Sequence record: SRR20825006_2814
Strand: one strand, 5' to 3'
DNA: 58,680 bases
The notes beneath the pieces were generated by a model. The model was given only the letters and a program-made list of their open reading frames with translations. It searched no databases and was not told the origin of the DNA. The position numbers and the translations under genes were made by a program. Below, piece after piece: positions 39,386 through 49,456 of the stretch (positions are counted from its first letter, which is position 1; each line of letters opens with the position of its first letter).

Positions 39386-41929
39386 ATGTCACACGACAAT
39401 CTCACTGCTTGCGCAGACCGGTTTTCACATCGGTCAACGCGTTGGGCGAAGAAGCCCTGGGCTTCTGTTTCATCCGCTTCCTATGCGCCGGCTGTCAAAC
39501 AGTGTTTGCTCAGCATCGCGGCGGTCGTGAGTGCGACGCTCGTGGTCGGATCCGCTTCGGCGGCATTCCCAAAGATCACTTATATGCGTCCGCTAGGCGT
39601 GGTTCGCGGCGAAGAGTCGACGATCACGCTTTATGGCAGTTCGTTGGGTGACGCCACGCAAGTTTTGACGGACTTGCCGGGGCTGGAGATTTTGGAAGTC
39701 AAACCGGTTGATGAAAAATCGGTGACGGTGAAGTTGAAAGCGAACGAAACGCTGGCTCCTGGGTTGTATCCGATTCGGTTGGTGACGAAATCGGGCGTCA
39801 CCGATCTGCGTTTGCTCGGTGTCGGAGCGATGCCGATTGTTAACGAAGTCGAACCAAACAATTCGTTCGAAGAACCGCAAACGATCGAAATGGATCGCAC
39901 GATTGAAGGCAACGTCGATCGTGAGGATGTCGATTGCTTCAAAGTTCATTTGGAAGCCGGTCAGAAGTTGACGGTTGAAATCGAAGGCATTCGGTTGGTC
40001 CAAGAGCTGCGCAATCGCAACATCTTTGACCCGGCCATCGCGATTTTGAACTCTGATCGTTTCGAGGTGGCTGTCAGTGACGACTCGCCATTGCTGCAAC
40101 AAGACAGCTTGTGTTCATTCACGCCCGAAGAGGCTGGTGAATACACGATCGTGGTGCGAGAAAGTTCGTTTTTAGGTGCATCCAATGTGTGTGGATATCG
40201 GTTGCACGTGGGGTCTTACCCACGTCCGGTAACCGTGATTCCATCGGGCGGCGTCAACGGCGAAGTGCTTCAAGCCAAATTGATCGATGTGGATGGCACT
40301 GTGACAGACAGCAGCGTGCAGCTGCCCAGTGAGCCTGTCGCACAGTGGCCGGTGACTCATCAAGACGACCGCGGGATTTCGCCTTCGCCTAATTGGATTC
40401 GCGTTAGCGATGCACCGATTGTGACGGAAGTCGAACCCAATGAAGGTCAATCACAAGCTTCACCCGGGCAGTTTCCCGCCTTGCTGTGCGGCGTGATCGA
40501 GGAAGGTGACGGCTACGATTGGTATTCGTTTGAATGCAAAAAGGGTGATCGCGTCCGCGTTCAGTTGCACGCTCGAAAGACGCTTCGCTCGCCACTCGAT
40601 GGTGTGATTCATGTCTTCGGTCCCGACGGTAAGACACTCAAGGGCAGTGATGATATCGGACCCAACCCCGACGGCTTGGTTGACTTCGATGCTGCTGTCG
40701 ACGGTGCGCACTTCGTTCGTGTTTATGATCACCTGCGACGTGGTAGTCCCAACCACAATTACGTCATCGAGCTCAGCCGTCGTGAACCATCGTTGGGGCT
40801 GACATTGAAAGAACTTCGTCGCGATGAAGCGATGGTTGTTCCTGTTCCCGTGGGTGGTCATGGTGCGATGGTGCTGACTGCTCAACGCAATCAATTCAAC
40901 GAGCAGTTTGATGCGTTCGTTGAAGGACTTCCAGAAGGCGTGACCGCTCAAACCTTCCCCATGCCTGCTGGCCGGGTCGAAATTCCAATCGTTCTGCACG
41001 CCACCAAAGAAGCCAAGCTGGGCGGTGCTTTCTTTGAGGTTGGTGCTGTCGGAAAAATCGGCGACCGCGAAATTCGGGGTGACTTCAACCAGCACCACAA
41101 AGTTGTCTTGGGACAGAACCGTCGCGAAATGTTCGGCTATGAAACGGAAAAAGCCGCGTTGGCGGTTTGCGAAGCGATGCCGTTCAGCGTGGAAGTGGTT
41201 CAACCGAAGACCCCTATTCTCCGCCGTGGCAGCAAGGACCTCGTCGTTCGGATCAAGCGGGACGAAGGATTCGAGGGCAACGTTTCGTTCCGAACGCTTT
41301 ACAACCCGCCGGGTATCGGAGTGAACAACAGCAAACGAATCGACAAAGGCCAAAACGAAGTGGTCATTCCCATCACCGCGAACGGTAGTGCTGCGATTGG
41401 AACTTGGCCGATGATCATGCAGGTCAGTTACGGCACCAATCGAGGAACGGCAACGATGTCAACGTCGCCAATTATGCTGGAGGTCGAAGAGCCAGTCTTT
41501 GATTTTGCTTTCCCAAAAGCTGCCGCTGAACAAGGCGCCGAAACAATTCTTGCGGTTGGCATGACCAAGCGACGAGACATTGAAGGCGACATCGAAGTCC
41601 GCTTGGTTGGGATTCCTAACGGGGTGACCTGCGAAGAACCACAAAAGAAAGTGGAGCTAGGTTCCGAAGCTGTTCAGTTCGAACTGAAAGTTGCCGCGGA
41701 CGCCAAACCAGGCACTCACAAGACAATGGTTGTCCAAACCTTGATCACTCGTGATGGCGAGACAATGATCCAAACAGATGGCACCGGTGAGATTCGGATC
41801 GACAAACCATTGCCGGTTAAGACGGATCCACCCGCAGAGAAGAAAGCCGAAGCGAAACCCAAACCGAAGCCCGCCGCCAAGCCGCTCAGTCGCTTGGAAC
41901 AACTACGTCAGCAAAAGGAGTCGAAATGA
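39386..41929 (+). CDS. Exported multi-PPC/Ig-like domain protein (planctomycete type)
   Basis: Signal peptide; repeated EVEPN...D.D.[FY] PPC-like units; no protease catalytic motif seen. Confidence 0.75.
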   Translation: MSHDNLTACADRFSHRSTRWAKKPWASVSSASYAPAVKQCLLSIAAVVSATLVVGSASAAFPKITYMRPLGVVRGEESTITLYGSSLGDATQVLTDLPGLEILEVKPVDEKSVTVKLKANETLAPGLYPIRLVTKSGVTDLRLLGVGAMPIVNEVEPNNSFEEPQTIEMDRTIEGNVDREDVDCFKVHLEAGQKLTVEIEGIRLVQELRNRNIFDPAIAILNSDRFEVAVSDDSPLLQQDSLCSFTPEEAGEYTIVVRESSFLGASNVCGYRLHVGSYPRPVTVIPSGGVNGEVLQAKLIDVDGTVTDSSVQLPSEPVAQWPVTHQDDRGISPSPNWIRVSDAPIVTEVEPNEGQSQASPGQFPALLCGVIEEGDGYDWYSFECKKGDRVRVQLHARKTLRSPLDGVIHVFGPDGKTLKGSDDIGPNPDGLVDFDAAVDGAHFVRVYDHLRRGSPNHNYVIELSRREPSLGLTLKELRRDEAMVVPVPVGGHGAMVLTAQRNQFNEQFDAFVEGLPEGVTAQTFPMPAGRVEIPIVLHATKEAKLGGAFFEVGAVGKIGDREIRGDFNQHHKVVLGQNRREMFGYETEKAALAVCEAMPFSVEVVQPKTPILRRGSKDLVVRIKRDEGFEGNVSFRTLYNPPGIGVNNSKRIDKGQNEVVIPITANGSAAIGTWPMIMQVSYGTNRGTATMSTSPIMLEVEEPVFDFAFPKAAAEQGAETILAVGMTKRRDIEGDIEVRLVGIPNGVTCEEPQKKVELGSEAVQFELKVAADAKPGTHKTMVVQTLITRDGETMIQTDGTGEIRIDKPLPVKTDPPAEKKAEAKPKPKPAAKPLSRLEQLRQQKESK

Positions 41930-44421
41930 ACCGGTCCTTCAATCGATTGACTGTTCACGCACTGGGGCTGACTGCGATTGCGTTCGCGGTGGTCTCGGCC
42001 GGATCGGTCTCCGCTGCTTCACCCGAAGCGATCAAGTCAAAGCCCGGCGAAATGCCGAAGATTGATCTCGCGGTTTATCCACCCGAGATTTCGCTGACGA
42101 CTGCCGCTGACTTCCAGTCCTTTGTTGCCGTGATGCGGCGTGAAGACGGTGTGACGGAAGACATCACCGACAAAGTTCGTTGGTCGTTAGGCGATGAAAA
42201 GCTTGCCAAGATTGACGGTCACTTGCTGCGACCACTGGCCGATGGCGAAACGACACTGAGCGGACGCTTCAGCGGCACGACAGTCGATGTGAAAGTCAAA
42301 GTTGCTCAAGCGGGCACACATCCTGCTGTCAGTTTCATCAAGGACGTGATGCCGACATTGACTCGTTCCGGTTGCAACACCGGTTCGTGTCATGGTGCCG
42401 CTCGCGGGAAAGACGGATTCAATCTCAGCCTTTTTGGATTTGATCCAAACGGCGACTACCAACGCATCACGCGTGAAATCGGCGTTCGACGTATCAACTT
42501 GGCTGTTCCATCGGAAAGTCTGTTGCTGAAAAAGTCGGTCGGGTCGGTTCCGCACACCGGTGGTAAATTGTTCGATGTCGACTCCGATTATTACGCCACA
42601 ATGCACAGTTGGTTGAAGGCCGGAGCCCCCATGGACCCCGCCGATGCACAACCTCCCGCGGTGACCTCCGTTTCGATTTATCCTCAGCAGGCAGTTCTGG
42701 AAGGCACGGGGACTACGCAGCGTTTTGTGACGGTTGCGACTTATGCGGACGGAACGACTCGCGATCTGAGTCGATTGGCGACGTTCTCGACCAATGATGC
42801 ATCTGTCGCGGCGATGGACCAAAACGGTTTGGCTACCGCTGGCGCACGTGGCGAAGCGTTTGTGATGGCTCGGTTTGACACTCACACGGTCGGCTCGCAA
42901 ATTCTGACGCTGCCAACTGACTTGCAATACTCTGCACCGGAACCGCAGCCAAGCAGCTATGTCGACGAATTGGTTGACAAAAAATTGCAACAGCTTCGTC
43001 TGGTACCAAGCGGTCAGTGCACCGACGCGGAATTCATCCGACGGGCGACGATTGATATCACTGGTTTGTTGCCAACCGAAGAAGAGTTGAATCTGTTCGT
43101 GAATGATGTGGCTCCAGACAAACGCGAAGCGTTGATCGATCGCCTGCTCGAACGAAAAGAGTTCAGCGAAATCTGGGCGATGAAGTTTGCTCAGTTGTTG
43201 ATGATCAAAAGTACCAACCAGGTCAGCAAGAAGTCAGCCATGCTGTATGCGAGTTGGTTGACCGATCAGTTCGCTCGCAATGTGCCCGTTAATGAAATGG
43301 TGCACGATCTTTTGACCAGCACGGGTGGGACGTTTGGCCAGCCAGCGACAAACTTTTACGAGATCGAACGTGACACACTGAAGACGGCGGAAAACGTTGC
43401 TCAGGTCTTTATGGGCATTCGCACTCAGTGTGCCCAATGTCACAACCATCCATTCGATCGTTGGACCATGGACGATTACTACGGGTTCACTGCTTTCTTC
43501 AGCCAAGTCGGCCGAAAGCAAGCAGAGGACTACCGTGAACAGATCGTTTACAACCGGTTCAGCGGTGAAACCAAGCATCCGGTGACGAACAAAAACGTTC
43601 CTCCCAAATTCTTGGGTGGTGAAGCACCAGAAACGAAGGGCAAAGATCGCCGGGAAGTGTTGGCGGATTGGTTGGTCGATGGAGAGAACCCGTTCTTCTC
43701 GACTAGCATTGCCAACCGGGTGTGGGCTCACTTCATGGGATCCGGTCTGGTCGATCCCGTCGACGACATTCGTGTCAGCAATCCGCCGAGCAACCCAGAG
43801 TTGTTTGACGAGCTGGGCGACAAATTGGTCGAGTACAACTACGACTTCCGCAAACTCGTTCGTGACATCTGCACCAGCCGCGCCTACAGACGCAGCACAG
43901 CGACCAACGAATCCAACGCCCACGATTCGCGAAACTATGCTCATGCGACGATTCGCCGAGTCCCAGCGGAAAGCTTGTTGGATTGCATCTGCCAGGTCAC
44001 CGAAAGTCCTGAGAAATTCAGTGGATTGCCGTTGGGCAGTCGCGCGGTGCAAATCGCCGATGGCGCAACGTCAAACTACTTCTTGACGACGTTTGGTCGT
44101 TCGCCGCGAGCAACTGTGTGTGATTGCGAAGCAACAACGGATCCGTCGTTGTCACAAGCTTTGCACTTGCTCAACGGAAGTTCCGTGCACAGCAAAATCG
44201 TGCGTGGTGGATTGATCAAAAAGTGGTTGAACGATGAGAAGCTTGATCCCGAAGCGGTTCTCGTTCGCATTTATCGCCGAGCACTCAGTCGAGAGCCGTC
44301 GGCCGAGGAACGTGAATCGGTGAAGACATTGCTCGCCGAAGAAGGTGCCGAACCTCAAGCGGTCATGGAAGACGTTTTCTGGGCGGTCCTGAACGGCCGC
44401 GAATTCGTTTTCAACCACTGA
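41926..44421 (+). CDS. DUF1549/DUF1553 (PSCyt2/PSD1) protein with Ig-like domains
   Basis: GCNTGSCHG, FIRRATIDITG..P, CAQCHNHP, NRVWAHFMG.G.V.PVDD, QALHLLN, EFVFNH. Confidence 0.9.
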   Translation: MNRSFNRLTVHALGLTAIAFAVVSAGSVSAASPEAIKSKPGEMPKIDLAVYPPEISLTTAADFQSFVAVMRREDGVTEDITDKVRWSLGDEKLAKIDGHLLRPLADGETTLSGRFSGTTVDVKVKVAQAGTHPAVSFIKDVMPTLTRSGCNTGSCHGAARGKDGFNLSLFGFDPNGDYQRITREIGVRRINLAVPSESLLLKKSVGSVPHTGGKLFDVDSDYYATMHSWLKAGAPMDPADAQPPAVTSVSIYPQQAVLEGTGTTQRFVTVATYADGTTRDLSRLATFSTNDASVAAMDQNGLATAGARGEAFVMARFDTHTVGSQILTLPTDLQYSAPEPQPSSYVDELVDKKLQQLRLVPSGQCTDAEFIRRATIDITGLLPTEEELNLFVNDVAPDKREALIDRLLERKEFSEIWAMKFAQLLMIKSTNQVSKKSAMLYASWLTDQFARNVPVNEMVHDLLTSTGGTFGQPATNFYEIERDTLKTAENVAQVFMGIRTQCAQCHNHPFDRWTMDDYYGFTAFFSQVGRKQAEDYREQIVYNRFSGETKHPVTNKNVPPKFLGGEAPETKGKDRREVLADWLVDGENPFFSTSIANRVWAHFMGSGLVDPVDDIRVSNPPSNPELFDELGDKLVEYNYDFRKLVRDICTSRAYRRSTATNESNAHDSRNYAHATIRRVPAESLLDCICQVTESPEKFSGLPLGSRAVQIADGATSNYFLTTFGRSPRATVCDCEATTDPSLSQALHLLNGSSVHSKIVRGGLIKKWLNDEKLDPEAVLVRIYRRALSREPSAEERESVKTLLAEEGAEPQAVMEDVFWAVLNGREFVFNH

Positions 44422-44450
44422 TCCTGTTTCATTCACTGATAGATAATCTC

Positions 44451-46502
44451 ATGATGCTGCCTCTTTCAAAGATGCCGGTGCGATCGACGCGACTTGGAAA
44501 CGTTGCATTGGCGTTTGCAAGCGTTTTGATGGTGCATTCGCCTGTGGGCGTGTTTGCCGCGGATGCGAAATCAACCGATGAACCGGCGAAGGTGACCTTT
44601 GAGGATGACGTCAAACCCATCCTTCGCCAACATTGTTTGAACTGCCACAGTCAAAGTGATAAACGTGGCGGTTTGGCATTGGATTCTTACGGCGCGATGA
44701 TGGAAGGCGGCGGCAGCGGCGAAATTGTCTATGACGATGGGGACGCTGAAACCAGTCGGCTTTGGCAATTGGTCAACCATGACGACACGCCCGTCATGCC
44801 ACCCAGCCAACCCAAGCTTCCCGAGGAGCAGCTTCAAGTCATTCGATCGTGGATCGAGGGCGGGATTTTGGAAAATTCGGGATCCAAAGCAAAAGCGAAA
44901 AAGAAGAACGCATTGGCCTTTGTCGCTTCGACAAGTGGGCGACCCGAAGGTCCACCGCCGATGCCTGAAGCGTTGCCTCAGCGAGTTCCTGTGGTGACAG
45001 AGCGTGCAGCGGCAACCACGGCGATCGGTGCCAGTCCTTGGGCACCTTTGGTTGCTCTCGCCGGCCAAAAGCAAATTTCGTTGTATCACACTGAAACTGC
45101 TGAACTACTTGGAGTGTTGCCTTTTGAAGAAGGTATCCCTCAATCGCTTCGGTTCAGCCGTGACGGTCAATACTTGATTGCCGGTGGTGGCGAACACAGC
45201 GTCAAAGGCATTGCAGCCGTCTACAGCATCAAGACCGGTGAACGAGTCGCTCAAGTGGGCGATGAGTTGGATACCGTCTTTGATGCGGATGTCAACGATA
45301 ACATGTCGCGAATCGCTCTTGGCGGTCCTCAACGAATGCTGCGGATTTTTGATGCGACCGATGGCACCCAGTTGTTCGACATTAAGAAACACACCGATTG
45401 GATTTATTCTGTTGCCTACAGCCCCGACGGCGTTTTGATCGCATCGGGTGATCGAAGCGGCGGGTTGTTTGTTTGGGAAGCCGACACGGGCCGGTTGTAC
45501 CTCGATCTCGCTGGTCACAAAGGTGCCATTCGATCGATCACATGGCGAGATGATTCCAATGTCTTGGCCAGTGCTAGCGAAGATGGGACGGTGAAGCTTT
45601 GGGATGTGAATTCCGGCAAAGCCATCCGCTCGATCAATGCGGGAAGCGGTGGTGTCACGGCGGTCCAGTTCGATCACAAAGGACAGCTGGTCACTGCTGG
45701 CAAGGACCGGAAGGTTCGTCTCTGGGATGCAAACGGTAAGCAACTCACTGAAACTCCGGCTGCCTCGGAGGCTGTTTTGGAAGTCGCAATCACGCACGAC
45801 AGTTCGCAGATGATCTATGGCGACTGGACCGGTTCGGTGCGAATGGCCGCGGTGGCGGATCCGAAGAAAATTCAAGAACTGGCGGCGAATCCTCCTCCTG
45901 CGAAAGAGCGAATCGGTGCGGTGGAGCAAACTTTGGCATCGATCAAGGTCAAGCTCACCCCGCTGCAAGAGAAACGCGACACAACGCTCGCGAGTTTGAA
46001 AGCCGCGGTAAAAGCTGTCGCCGATCTGGACGCTAAAATCAAGCAACACAACGAAGCGATCGCGAAGAGTCAAACCGACATCGATGCGAAGAAAGCACTG
46101 CGTGAACAAACAGTCGCTGCTCTGCCGGCAATCGTGTCGAAATCGCGTGATGCTCACGATTCGGTCATCGCATCTCGTGTCGGATTGGGTGATTCGCCGG
46201 ATGATGCAGCATTGATGCAAGCTGCTGACTTGGAAGCTTCGCTTGCGGAGCAGCTTTCCAAAATTGCTCAGCAACGTCGATTGATTGTGCAAACAAAGAA
46301 GGACGAGGCGGCTTTGGCCGGCTCCCTCAAAACTCAGCAGGACGCCCTCGTCGCGATGCAAGCACAGCGAACCGAGATGGAAAAAGCGGTTCAAGTTGCA
46401 CGCGTAGCCGCTGACCAGGCGGAGCAATCTTACGCGGCGGTTGCCGGTGAACTTAGCGAAGTCGAGAAGAAGAGACAGTTGTTGGCCGAAGCAATCCAGT
46501 GA
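44451..46502 (+). CDS. Planctomycete cytochrome c (PSCyt1) + WD40 repeats + coiled coil
   Basis: VTFEDDVKPIL..CLNCH...MPP...WI..G; GH...WD repeats; C-terminal heptad-rich helix. Confidence 0.88.
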   Translation: MMLPLSKMPVRSTRLGNVALAFASVLMVHSPVGVFAADAKSTDEPAKVTFEDDVKPILRQHCLNCHSQSDKRGGLALDSYGAMMEGGGSGEIVYDDGDAETSRLWQLVNHDDTPVMPPSQPKLPEEQLQVIRSWIEGGILENSGSKAKAKKKNALAFVASTSGRPEGPPPMPEALPQRVPVVTERAAATTAIGASPWAPLVALAGQKQISLYHTETAELLGVLPFEEGIPQSLRFSRDGQYLIAGGGEHSVKGIAAVYSIKTGERVAQVGDELDTVFDADVNDNMSRIALGGPQRMLRIFDATDGTQLFDIKKHTDWIYSVAYSPDGVLIASGDRSGGLFVWEADTGRLYLDLAGHKGAIRSITWRDDSNVLASASEDGTVKLWDVNSGKAIRSINAGSGGVTAVQFDHKGQLVTAGKDRKVRLWDANGKQLTETPAASEAVLEVAITHDSSQMIYGDWTGSVRMAAVADPKKIQELAANPPPAKERIGAVEQTLASIKVKLTPLQEKRDTTLASLKAAVKAVADLDAKIKQHNEAIAKSQTDIDAKKALREQTVAALPAIVSKSRDAHDSVIASRVGLGDSPDDAALMQAADLEASLAEQLSKIAQQRRLIVQTKKDEAALAGSLKTQQDALVAMQAQRTEMEKAVQVARVAADQAEQSYAAVAGELSEVEKKRQLLAEAIQ

Positions 46503-47257
46503 TCGTTTCGACTGTTCGCTTGCCATCAGTGGATTCCACGAACACGTGGGCACTGAATTGGTTGCGATCCGCGACGGACGAACAGCTTGAACGCGAACTA
46601 CCCAAGGTTGTCATCGCGGATCAGCAGACCGCGGGCCGAGGCCGGCACGGCAAGTCTTGGTTCGCTTCGGACGACGGGTTGGCATGCACGTTGATCACGA
46701 AGGCTTCGCCCGAGATGTTGTCGATCGCTGTCGGCGTGGCTCTGGCGGAGGCCATCGAAATGGTGGCGGGCCCCACAACCGTTCATTTGAAATGGCCAAA
46801 CGACGTTTGGATGAACGGCTGCAAGGTCGCAGGCATTTTGATCGAACGTCATGGCGATGTGTCACAAGAGAGCGACGCCGTTTTCGCGATTGGTATTGGC
46901 TGCAATCTGGGAAAGCATCCCGAGCTCGATCAAATTTCCGGTGGTGTTCCACCGACTTCGATTTTGAATGCCACGGGTCGTTTGATTTCCAAAGACCAAT
47001 TGCTTGATACGCTCGGACCTCATTTGCTGGAAGTTATCGGCGAAGTTGCCGAGCATCCAAATGATGTGGTCCAACGGTTTGAGAATCGGAATGTGTTGCG
47101 AGGACAAACCGTCCGTTGCATGATCGGTGGGCAAACTGTCGAGGGAGTTTGCGATGGTTTGCATCGGGACGGGAGCTTGATGCTACGAACCGCCAGCGGG
47201 TTGCAGGTCTGCAGCAGCGGCGAGGTTCAGCAGGTTCGCAGTCGCCCGTTGGGGTAA
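46499..47257 (+). CDS. birA: Biotin--protein ligase (no N-terminal HTH)
   Basis: DSTN, QTAGRGRHG, KWPND, KVAGILIE, GIGCN. Confidence 0.93.
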   Translation: MIVSTVRLPSVDSTNTWALNWLRSATDEQLERELPKVVIADQQTAGRGRHGKSWFASDDGLACTLITKASPEMLSIAVGVALAEAIEMVAGPTTVHLKWPNDVWMNGCKVAGILIERHGDVSQESDAVFAIGIGCNLGKHPELDQISGGVPPTSILNATGRLISKDQLLDTLGPHLLEVIGEVAEHPNDVVQRFENRNVLRGQTVRCMIGGQTVEGVCDGLHRDGSLMLRTASGLQVCSSGEVQQVRSRPLG

Positions 47258-47435
47258 AAGCGGCCGCGTAGGGTGAGAATTCGGACCGGGAATATTTTTT
47301 GGTAGATTTCCGTCCACCACCCAATTTCTGACCTACGTTTCAGTAGAGGTGATCGCGATTCTCGGATCATTTCTCGGGTTCTGTCCGAGAGGACGTCCGT
47401 CCCACTATTCCTCATTCAGACCAAGTATCTCGAAA

Positions 47436-47768
47436 ATGAAACGTACAAAGAAATCAGGTTTTTCGCTGTTGGAAGTGATCGCTGCTGTCGTGATCCTCGC
47501 TGTTGTGGCTGCTGCAACGGTCGCTACCGTCGCTCCAATGCGTGCGAAGAGCGAAGATAAGTTGGCTGAACAAGACATCGCTTCGTTGAACGCGATGGCA
47601 CAGACCTATTACCTCGAAATGGGCGCTTATCCTCGTAACATCGCTTACTTGGTTCGCGAAAACTACATCAAAGCTGACGATACCGCATCGCGGACTCGCT
47701 ACAACAAATTGCGTCAATATCCTTACGACGCAGCAACCGGAACGTTCAGCAAACCAGTGACCAACTAG
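47436..47768 (+). CDS. Type IV major pilin/pseudopilin-like protein
   Basis: Class III signal MKRTKKSG|FSLLEV plus hydrophobic helix; Y...G.YP motif; 110 aa. Confidence 0.88.
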   Translation: MKRTKKSGFSLLEVIAAVVILAVVAAATVATVAPMRAKSEDKLAEQDIASLNAMAQTYYLEMGAYPRNIAYLVRENYIKADDTASRTRYNKLRQYPYDAATGTFSKPVTN

Positions 47769-47808
47769 TCATCGGTTTTCTACCGGACAACTTTCAAATA
47801 GTCGTCGA

Positions 47809-47845
47809 CGGACCGTTCCAATCCTTTTAGGTGAGGAACGGTTCG
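47809..47845 (+). terminator. Stem-loop between major and minor pilin genes
   Basis: CGGACCGTTCC...GGAACGGTTCG 11-bp stem, no U tract. Confidence 0.45.
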
Positions 47846-47913
47846 GCGTATGTACTCGCGGAATTTGTCCGTCAACCGACTCTCCGACGTTCTTGTTCTT
47901 ATGAGTCCGTGAT

Positions 47914-48468
47914 ATGACCCCGCTCGCACCATGTCTGCACACTTCGGCAACGAAGCCTGACGCTCGTCGTCGCGCTGGCGTGACGTTGGTCGAAGCGTTG
48001 TTGGTCATCATGATCTTGACCGCTTCAATGGTTGCGGCACCAAGCGTTGGGCATTTGTTTTCAAGTCGCACGTCCGTCCGACAAGATTCAGATCTGATTG
48101 TCCGATCGTTGCGACTCGCCCGCGAGACTGCTGTGTCACGAAATTGTGCTGTGACGGTCCGCTGGAAGAGTGTGAAAGATGACGAAGGCGAGTATCGCAT
48201 GGTCATTGATATGCTCGCGGCACCCGGAATCTACAGCGACGGAACTGATGCGTTTGGTGCGCAGGCAAGTCCTGGATCGTCCACCTGGATGGTGGATCCG
48301 ATTGCTTTGCATCCGGACGTCAACGTGAAGGCGAATGCATCCAGCATTCAGTTCACGCCGACCGGAACCGCTTCAAGAGATCTTCAAATGAAAGTTTCTC
48401 GCGACAGTGAAAGCGTTGAGGTAATCGTCCAGGCTTCGTCCGGAAACATTTACAAGGATGCCTCGTGA
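47914..48468 (+). CDS. Minor pilin, GspH/FimT-like
   Basis: RRRAG|VTLVE; LRLARETAVSR; IQFTPTG. Confidence 0.82.
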   Translation: MTPLAPCLHTSATKPDARRRAGVTLVEALLVIMILTASMVAAPSVGHLFSSRTSVRQDSDLIVRSLRLARETAVSRNCAVTVRWKSVKDDEGEYRMVIDMLAAPGIYSDGTDAFGAQASPGSSTWMVDPIALHPDVNVKANASSIQFTPTGTASRDLQMKVSRDSESVEVIVQASSGNIYKDAS

Positions 48469-48914
48469 TGAAATTCGATCATCAGACGAATGGCTTTGCA
48501 AATACCTGTCGTCGCTCGATTCGGCACGGGGCGACGTTGATCGATGTCGCCGTAGGAGCCGCGTTGTTATCGTTGGTTCTGATTCCGGCATTAGGATTGA
48601 TGGGCCAGACAAGTCAACTTTTGCAGAGACTCGATTTGCAGGACCAATTGCTCTTCGAAGCGGAACGTGTCATCGAGCAGGCAAAGATTGATCTTTGCGA
48701 CCCGGCTCAATTCGCGACCCGACGCGGAACTTTCGATGCGGTCGTCGTTGGCAATGAGACGACCTCAATGCGTTCGCGTTTGACGATCCAAGATTCGTTG
48801 ACTCCAAGTTTGCTGACCATGGATGCATTGGTGTGGGAAGACCGCAACAACAATGCTGAGCCGGATGAAGGCGAGCTGAGTCAGCAGTTGCGTACTCAGT
48901 GGAGTCAGCTATGA
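48465..48914 (+). CDS. Minor pilin, GspI/PilV-like
   Basis: RHG|ATLID plus hydrophobic helix; overlapping start/stop in cluster. Confidence 0.7.
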   Translation: MMKFDHQTNGFANTCRRSIRHGATLIDVAVGAALLSLVLIPALGLMGQTSQLLQRLDLQDQLLFEAERVIEQAKIDLCDPAQFATRRGTFDAVVVGNETTSMRSRLTIQDSLTPSLLTMDALVWEDRNNNAEPDEGELSQQLRTQWSQL

Positions 48915-49456
48915 ACCTTCAACCTACATTGTCGTCGAAACGTAATGGCGTGAGCCTGATTGAAGCAATTGCCTGTGTCGCGATTGTGGGAACGTTGGCA
49001 ACCAGCATGGTCGGCATGATGCGTGGTTCGGCTCGTGTCACTGCAATTTCGCAGGGCAACGAGGGGGCCGCAGCCGAAGGTCGACAGGCATTGAGATTTC
49101 TTTCTGAGCAGATCCGCGAGATGACCAGTTCCGGGCTTTCAATTGCGTCGGTTGGGAACCGTGATATCCGAGTCGACGATGGATTGAATCTGCGACGGAT
49201 CCGTTTCGAAATCCGTCGTGCATCCGATGGCGTCGATCGGTCTTTGGTGATGGTGGATCCACTTTTGGGTGAGACGGTTTGCTTAGGGAATTCCGTCCGT
49301 GATTTCGACATGAATGAAATCATTGTCACAGGGCGCCGAGTGGGTATCGCGATGACGCTGCAGTTGCAAACAACGAGTGACCGTGCCGGTGAGCTTCGTC
49401 CCGATCAAGATTCCGCTGAGATGACCACCGTCGTCTGTCTATCGCCTCAATTGTGA
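48911..49456 (+). CDS. Minor pilin, GspJ/PilW-like
   Basis: KRNG|VSLIE plus helix; ALRFLSEQIRE. Confidence 0.75.
   Translation: MNLQPTLSSKRNGVSLIEAIACVAIVGTLATSMVGMMRGSARVTAISQGNEGAAAEGRQALRFLSEQIREMTSSGLSIASVGNRDIRVDDGLNLRRIRFEIRRASDGVDRSLVMVDPLLGETVCLGNSVRDFDMNEIIVTGRRVGIAMTLQLQTTSDRAGELRPDQDSAEMTTVVCLSPQL

Noticed and set aside
39386-41929. PPC-domain protein as an active serine protease
   Set aside because: No subtilase or trypsin catalytic motifs visible, only accessory beta-sandwich repeats
45105-46553. 482-aa minus-strand ORF (also 9891-10967, 18059-18946, 40460-41353, 53007-54101 and similar)
   Set aside because: Antisense shadows of well-supported genes; no recognisable motifs, and expected in GC-rich coding DNA
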